NCBI GenBank assembly: GCA_000146465.1
Contig: CP001951.1
Strand: one strand, 5' to 3'
Length of the DNA: 64,000 bases
Part shown: piece after piece, positions 58,421-64,000 of the stretch
Layout: every line of letters starts with the position of its first letter
Position numbering within the stretch: position 1 is the first letter of the stretch
Translations under genes and position numbers: made by a program
Notes under the pieces: generated by a model
Seen by the model: only the letters and a program-made list of their open reading frames with translations
The model's database searches: none
Told to the model about the DNA's origin: nothing

Positions 58421-60358
58421 ATGTTTCATAACTTAGATATAAAGATTTGGGCTTCACAGCGTATGGCAGTCATGGACCTGTTGATAGAAAAGATAAATGA
58501 CCTCCAGGACATATGTACAGAAAACAACATATCAAATAGAATCGAGCTTCCGCAAATAGTAGTTGTCGGTAGCCAAAGCTCTGGAAAAAGTAGCGTGCTT
58601 GAAAACATAGTGGGAAGAGACATTCTTCCGAGAGGAACAGGGATCGTCACCCGAAGGCCATTGATATTGCAGCTTATTTACAGCAAAACAGAAGACTATG
58701 CTGTCTTCAATCACCTTCCAGAAACAAAATTTACAAACTTCGAGGAAGTAAAGAAGGAAATCATCAAGGAAACAAACAGAATCCTAAAATCAAAGAATGA
58801 CGTTTCCCCACTTCCGATCACACTTAAGTACTATTCCTCAAAAGTTCTCACGCTTACACTGGTCGATCTTCCAGGATTGGTAAGGGTTCCAACAAACGAT
58901 CAGCCTAAGGATATATGTACCAAGATAACAGAGATATGTAGAAAGTACGTATCGAATAGGAATGCACTAATCCTTGCAGTATCTTCCGCAAATACAGACA
59001 TATCGAATTCGGATGCCTTACAGCTTGCAAGGGAAGTGGATCATAATTATGAAAGAACAATCGGAGTTCTTACCAAGGTAGATCTGATGGATTCGGGAAC
59101 AGATGTTGTAGACATACTAGCTGGAAGAATCATATGCTTAAGACTAGGGTTTGTTCCTGTTGTAAATAGGAGCCAGCAGGATATCGAAAGAAATAAAAGC
59201 ATACAACAAGCATTAAAGGACGAGGAGGTGTTTTTCCTATCTCATGAGTCTTACAAGAGGAACAGAGCGTACTGTGGAACAGGATATTTGATAACAAAGC
59301 TTCATAACATTCTTCACGAACACATAAAACAATGCTTACCAGAACTTCAAGAAAGAATCAACAGTGGAATGATTGATGCTCAAAACAACCTTCGAGATCT
59401 TGGAAACATATGCTTGAGCCCGAAAGAAAATGTAATGCGAATCATCAACACTGTTTCCAAAAGATTCAGCGATATTCTCTCAGGAAACATCGAGTCTAAG
59501 GGAAACGAGCTGATGGGGGGAGCAAGGCTGAACTATGCATTCAATCACCACTTTTCAAAGTTCATAAATAGGCTTGGTGCTCTTGACAACATTCATGACG
59601 AGCAAATAAGGGCACTACTGTATAACTCTAGTGGATCGTCATCTGTACTGCTATTTGGACATGTAGCCTTTGAAAAGCTAGCAAGGGTTTCTGTGGAATC
59701 CTTCAAGTTGCATAGCTTAAAGCTTGTGAGCATAGTATTTTCCGAGCTGGTTAGAATGATTAAGCACATTGTAGATGTTTCCACAGCAAGTAGGTATCCT
59801 GTACTTGGAGAAAGGATTATAGCCTGTGCGATCGGAATGTTTAAGGAAAGATGTGATGCAACACATAAACTGGTTGAGTCATTCGTTGACTGGAATACAG
59901 GATACATCAGTACCAGGCACCCCGACTTTATACGATGGAATGAAATGTTATCAAGGGAAATGGAGGATTCTGTACTTGAAAGAAAGGCAGAAAAGATAGA
60001 CTTCTACAAGGGAATGGAAAGCAAAGCCACTCTTGATTCCATTCCTAATACGTTAAGGATTCGCGATGGGCTTTCCGAGCAAGAGGTTATAGAGATAAAC
60101 ATGATTAAGTCCATGGTTGAGTCTTATTTCGAAATAACCAAGAAGATAATTGTTGATCAAGTTCCAAAAGCAATAATGTGTGAGTTAGTCAAAAAGGCCG
60201 AAAACTCACTTCAGGAGACACTATTCATGGAGATATACAACAGGGAAGACCTGGATTCAATAGCGTCAGAGTCGGAAGAAGTGAAGTTAGAAAGAAGTAG
60301 AATAGAATCCATGTTAAAGGCCTTGAAGCAAGCCTATGATATAATATGCTCTTTATGA
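58421..60358 (+). CDS. dynamin-family GTPase (Vps1/Dnm1-like)
   Basis: LPQIVVVGSQSSGKSSVLENIVGRDILPRGTGIVTRRPLILQL (G1), LTLVDLPG (G3), TKVD (G4), middle domain and C-terminal GED. The true start may be an internal Met at 58463 or 58472. Confidence 0.9.
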   Translation: MFHNLDIKIWASQRMAVMDLLIEKINDLQDICTENNISNRIELPQIVVVGSQSSGKSSVLENIVGRDILPRGTGIVTRRPLILQLIYSKTEDYAVFNHLPETKFTNFEEVKKEIIKETNRILKSKNDVSPLPITLKYYSSKVLTLTLVDLPGLVRVPTNDQPKDICTKITEICRKYVSNRNALILAVSSANTDISNSDALQLAREVDHNYERTIGVLTKVDLMDSGTDVVDILAGRIICLRLGFVPVVNRSQQDIERNKSIQQALKDEEVFFLSHESYKRNRAYCGTGYLITKLHNILHEHIKQCLPELQERINSGMIDAQNNLRDLGNICLSPKENVMRIINTVSKRFSDILSGNIESKGNELMGGARLNYAFNHHFSKFINRLGALDNIHDEQIRALLYNSSGSSSVLLFGHVAFEKLARVSVESFKLHSLKLVSIVFSELVRMIKHIVDVSTASRYPVLGERIIACAIGMFKERCDATHKLVESFVDWNTGYISTRHPDFIRWNEMLSREMEDSVLERKAEKIDFYKGMESKATLDSIPNTLRIRDGLSEQEVIEINMIKSMVESYFEITKKIIVDQVPKAIMCELVKKAENSLQETLFMEIYNREDLDSIASESEEVKLERSRIESMLKALKQAYDIICSL

Positions 60359-60379
60359 GATTAAATATCCTTATCTTAT

Positions 60380-61171
60380 TTAATTAGCTTCTTTCAACAA
60401 TACAAACATATCTTTCTTGTAATAGTTCGAATTCATATGCAGGTTGTGGATGACATCGTGTAATGGGATGGCCCTTATGGAGGAAACCGTTCCCTCATGA
60501 GCTATTTTTATATTTATGATATGAATGTGAAGTCTAAGATATGTTGGCCTATAGTGGAAGAACATAAATACATGCTTAGGATCCAAAGCAAACTTTGTTG
60601 CCAAGATGGTGTTTGCGTTTTCCTGGGCTCTTATCAGAAGATTGTGAGAATTTATGTCTCTTATTGTTTTGAGGGCAGGATCTTTGAATATCACCAAAAG
60701 GTGGAGATGGTCTATCAATTGCTTATTCCACTTATAGTCTGGAATAATCATTATCTCTTGGTCCTCATACAAGATTTCCTCATTTACATTTCTTTTACTT
60801 GGATCGATGATATTATCCATCCAACTAGTACTTATGTGGCCGTAGTTTTTTAGAAAATCCAAGTATTCCTCGTAAGTTTCTCTGATGTAAATGGGACTCG
60901 AAGAGTATTTCCTGATGTGCTCTTCTGTTGCCGGATATATGAGTCTAAAACTGATGGGCATATTCCCTAAGACTTTATAGGTATAGTACACATCGTTTGA
61001 CTGAATTCTTTCCATTGGAAGAGATAGGAACTGGGAAAAGGTGTCTTGTGGAACGGGTTGATTTGGAAATATCAATATAGCCTTTTGGCCTTCAACCTTG
61101 CCTATGTAAAGATGTCCCTCGGAGCTTGTAAGACTTTCCTCTAGAATGAATTTCTTGATTACATTTTCCAT
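60380..61171 (-). CDS. scavenger mRNA decapping enzyme DcpS/Dcs1 (HIT family)
   Basis: ILYEDQEIMIIPDYKWN (the DcpS ILYED..PD.KWN block) and HYRPTYLRLHIHIINI (His-x-His-x-His HIT triad in DcpS context). Confidence 0.8.
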   Translation of the reverse strand: MENVIKKFILEESLTSSEGHLYIGKVEGQKAILIFPNQPVPQDTFSQFLSLPMERIQSNDVYYTYKVLGNMPISFRLIYPATEEHIRKYSSSPIYIRETYEEYLDFLKNYGHISTSWMDNIIDPSKRNVNEEILYEDQEIMIIPDYKWNKQLIDHLHLLVIFKDPALKTIRDINSHNLLIRAQENANTILATKFALDPKHVFMFFHYRPTYLRLHIHIINIKIAHEGTVSSIRAIPLHDVIHNLHMNSNYYKKDMFVLLKEAN

Positions 61172-61210
61172 AGCAGGGTTTAGATTTTTACGTGTAATGT
61201 CTAATCCCTA

Positions 61211-62398
61211 ATGAAAGATTCTAACCAAAAAGCCAACGAAAAAGCAAAAGAGTTACTAAAAAAGATGGAAGAGTGCATGGGTATAAAGATTGAGGGAATT
61301 TGTTCACAAGAGGATTATTCTGACGTCATAAACAGATGCTGCGAAAATCTGATTGGTTATAAAAAGGTACCCTTAGGGGTTTCAAATAGAGGGGTATTAA
61401 TAAACAACCGCATGTTCTTTATTCCAATAGCAACGACAGAAGGTGCATTGGTTGCATCAATGTGCCGTGGAATCAAACTTATAAATGCATGCGGAGGAGT
61501 TGAAGGGTATGCAGAAAACGTCGGGATTACAAGAGGATTTACTATGAGGTTTGAAAGTTTTAGGGAGGCCATGAGGTTCTACCAGTGGATAAAAATGGAA
61601 AAGTCAATTGCAAATCTCAAAAGAATTGGAAATGAAGGAAGCAGGTATATGAGAATCAGTAAGATTGAATCCAAGCATGTTATAGGGGAAGATGTATACA
61701 TTAAGGTACATGGGTACTCGGGAGATGCCATGGGAATGAATATGATAACAAAGTCATGTGTTCAAATATCTAATGAAATAGTTCGTTTATTTCCAAACTC
61801 TAGTCTTGTGTGCATAAGCTCTAACACATGCACTGACAAAAAGTGGTCTGCAGAAAACTATTGTAATGGAAGAGGAAGAAAGATATTTATGAATCTGAGA
61901 GTAGACAATCGAAACTGTGAAGAGATACTTGGAGTTAACATAGATAGAATTCTAGATGTATATCATGCGAAAGTTGTGGTTGGGGGATCTCTTGTGCTAG
62001 GGGGATTTAATTGCCAAGCAGCCAACTACGTTGCAGGGATATTTCTAGCTCTAGGACAGGATCTAGGACAAATTATTGAAAGTAGCAATTGTATATTGAG
62101 CATGAAAAAACTTGAAAGTGAAGTTCTGAGTGTTTCTTTGTTTATGCCTTCGGTTACAGTGGGTGTGGTTGGTGGGGGTACACACCTGGAACCTTCCAAA
62201 AGCTTTTTAAGGCAATTTAGCAATGTGAATGATGAATACATAATAACGAATAAAGATGAAGACAAGTCGGTGGCACCTGGATACTTGGGACTAGCTCTAG
62301 GAGCAGCAGTACTTGGAGGAGAGCTATCTCTTTTGGGATCTCTTGCGGATAACACATTAATGGAAAGTCACTTGAGATTGAATAGAAGACAAGGGTAG
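61211..62398 (+). CDS. HMG-CoA reductase, soluble catalytic domain only
   Basis: ENLIGYKKVPLGV, ATTEGALVAS, DAMGMNMITK, VGVVGGGT; no N-terminal sterol-sensing membrane domain; 395 aa. Confidence 0.9.
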   Translation: MKDSNQKANEKAKELLKKMEECMGIKIEGICSQEDYSDVINRCCENLIGYKKVPLGVSNRGVLINNRMFFIPIATTEGALVASMCRGIKLINACGGVEGYAENVGITRGFTMRFESFREAMRFYQWIKMEKSIANLKRIGNEGSRYMRISKIESKHVIGEDVYIKVHGYSGDAMGMNMITKSCVQISNEIVRLFPNSSLVCISSNTCTDKKWSAENYCNGRGRKIFMNLRVDNRNCEEILGVNIDRILDVYHAKVVVGGSLVLGGFNCQAANYVAGIFLALGQDLGQIIESSNCILSMKKLESEVLSVSLFMPSVTVGVVGGGTHLEPSKSFLRQFSNVNDEYIITNKDEDKSVAPGYLGLALGAAVLGGELSLLGSLADNTLMESHLRLNRRQG

Positions 62399-62527
62399 GA
62401 TTGAAATGATGGTTTAGGGGCTTGTATTAACATGCCCTGGAGCCAATAGTTTATAATGGTCTCCTTTTGATCTATCAATGATTTTTCTTGTATCAAAAGA
62501 ATAAAAATAAAGGCCCATCATATTCGG

Positions 62528-63355
62528 ATGTCAATTAGGCTGACGATAAGATACCGAACAGATTCCATAGAAGCAAGTGTAATGATGACGGATACTCTAG
62601 AATCCTTGAAACTAAGAATTCAGGAAATTACAGGAGTGCCAGTGGATTCTCAGGTGCTTCTGTTCAATGACAGAGTCCTTAACGACAACAACAAGGAACT
62701 GAAGGAGCTTGGAATAGAGAACGACTCCACTTTGTATCTTAAAAAAAGATCTGGAGCTCGGAAGGAAGGAAAGCGACAAGATTTTACTGCTTCCATGATG
62801 AAAAACCCTTTAGTTAAGAATTTTCTGAAGAATCCAGATGCCATGAAGAGCATTGTTGAGATGTTCCCTGGGCTCAAGGAAGAAATGAGCAATAATCCAG
62901 AACTACGAATGATGATGAATAGCTCAAATCTCCAAGAAGAACTCGAAATGTTTTCCATGAATCCGGAATACATGAACACCCAGCTTAAAAACCTGGACAT
63001 AACAATGTCCAAGCTAGAGAACATCCCTGGCGGCCTCAATATGATAAATAGCATGATTAAGGACGTTCAAGATCCTCTGTCGTCAGCATTGAAAGAAGGA
63101 ATGGGAAGAGGATATAGAGTGAAGGAGGGAAGAAAGATAGACAAGCCCATTAATGAAGCAATTCCAGGTGCCCGTAAAGAAGAGAGTCAATTGGTGAAAT
63201 ATAGAGATAAACTGGCAGAGCTTAAGCAGATTGGATTCAGTAATACTAGAAAAAACTTCACGGCTCTTATCGCATGTAACGGGGATTTAGAGAGATCAAT
63301 AATGTATTTACGAGAGCTGGACAGTAAATCATCCCCGACACAGAGGGCAAAATAA
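62528..63355 (+). CDS. ubiquilin/Dsk2-like UBL-UBA shuttle protein
   Basis: N-terminal ubiquitin-like fold; Met-rich Sti1-like middle; C-terminal UBA (ELKQIGFSNTRKNFTALIACNGDLERSIMYL). Confidence 0.7.
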   Translation: MSIRLTIRYRTDSIEASVMMTDTLESLKLRIQEITGVPVDSQVLLFNDRVLNDNNKELKELGIENDSTLYLKKRSGARKEGKRQDFTASMMKNPLVKNFLKNPDAMKSIVEMFPGLKEEMSNNPELRMMMNSSNLQEELEMFSMNPEYMNTQLKNLDITMSKLENIPGGLNMINSMIKDVQDPLSSALKEGMGRGYRVKEGRKIDKPINEAIPGARKEESQLVKYRDKLAELKQIGFSNTRKNFTALIACNGDLERSIMYLRELDSKSSPTQRAK

Positions 63356-63448
63356 AAATAAAGGCGAGGCCTTACTGCATTCTTCTTTCCCTAGGGTTGT
63401 TGTGTCTGTTAGAAGCCATTTCGAAATTGTTTTTAATAGCAAGGTACA

Positions 63449-64000
63449 CTAAACTTCGCTCCCAATATACTTAGAATTCACGAGGTCAATAAATCTACAT
63501 ACGCTAAACGAGCATATCCCTGCTATGTCACAGATGTTGTTTCCATTCTTCCTTAGCTTAAGAAGATCATCAAACCTGAACGAGACAGGATGGGAAACCA
63601 AAATATTCTGGACATAAATCTCCACGCTAAAGAGAAGAGGAGTGTCGGAGAGAAATAGGAAGAATATCTCGGAGATATCGGGAGAGTCATATATTTGGAC
63701 CAATACTCCCATGTTCATTAACTTCTCAGCACTGTACTTATGAGTCCCATATTTAGAATCCCTAATGATATCGTCAACACCGTTAAATCCAAACAAGGAC
63801 CTCCTCTTGATAGCCAATTTTGCAGCGAAAGAGTTGAGATAGTTCTGATAAAGCTCTATCTTTCCTGATAGGTAATCATCTTTGTAGCATAGATTGTCGT
63901 AACTTATCTCATTTATCCTGAGCTCTTTGCTTCTTTCTTCAGACATGAATCTCAGAATGACTATATCTTGAGCTAGCATAAAGAGGAGTTCTGAATACAG
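63449..64000 (-). CDS. hypothetical protein, possibly 5'-truncated by window end
   Basis: An ATG sits at 63979, but the frame stays open upstream to position 64000 (…LYSELLF before the Met), so the gene may start outside the window. No family recognised. Confidence 0.4.
   Translation of the reverse strand: MYSELLFMLAQDIVILRFMSEERSKELRINEISYDNLCYKDDYLSGKIELYQNYLNSFAAKLAIKRRSLFGFNGVDDIIRDSKYGTHKYSAEKLMNMGVLVQIYDSPDISEIFFLFLSDTPLLFSVEIYVQNILVSHPVSFRFDDLLKLRKNGNNICDIAGICSFSVCRFIDLVNSKYIGSEV

Noticed and set aside
58401-58431. Tiny ORF ATGAAACACGGCCATGTTTCATAA immediately upstream of and overlapping the dynamin ATG
   Set aside because: It is only 7 codons long. It could act as a uORF, but microsporidian 5' UTRs are very short and there is no support; noted only.
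1-64000. CRISPR arrays, insertion sequences, toxin-antitoxin, restriction-modification or other prokaryotic defence systems
   Set aside because: The gene content is entirely eukaryotic (proteasome, spliceosomal introns, histone acetyltransferase, homeobox, dynamin). No direct-repeat/spacer arrays or transposase ORFs were seen.

Overview
Eukaryotic, extremely gene-dense window (about 50 protein genes in 64 kb on both strands, with most spacers under 100 bp). Protein families, micro-introns placed directly after the ATG of ribosomal-protein genes, a homeobox gene pair and a spore-wall-protein-like gene all point to a microsporidian, probably Encephalitozoon-like. The 388-aa, 10-cysteine secreted protein fits the published description of E. 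intestinalis SWP1; this is an inference from memory, not a search result.

No bacterial features such as CRISPR arrays, IS elements or operons are present.

The supplied ORF track uses non-ATG codons (TTG, GTG, ATT) as 'M'. I therefore re-checked the first codon of the reported genes on the sequence and moved 11 starts to the first real ATG. Two ribosomal-protein genes, eS24 and eS30, are interrupted by 30-nt and 36-nt introns right after the ATG; the track mis-calls the first and misses the second.

Main points:
- Housekeeping content: ubiquitin-proteasome components, RNA-processing factors and mevalonate/lipid enzymes.
- Tandem homeobox pair (one typical 60-aa homeodomain plus one TALE homeodomain) sits between the three longest AT-rich spacers in the window, which looks like a putative MAT-like locus.
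- A Mnd1 meiotic gene.
- A compositionally distinct SWP1-like spore wall gene.
- A sole CPSF73-family nuclease that looks like INTS11 rather than canonical CPSF73/Ysh1.
- Both ends of the window cut through genes.
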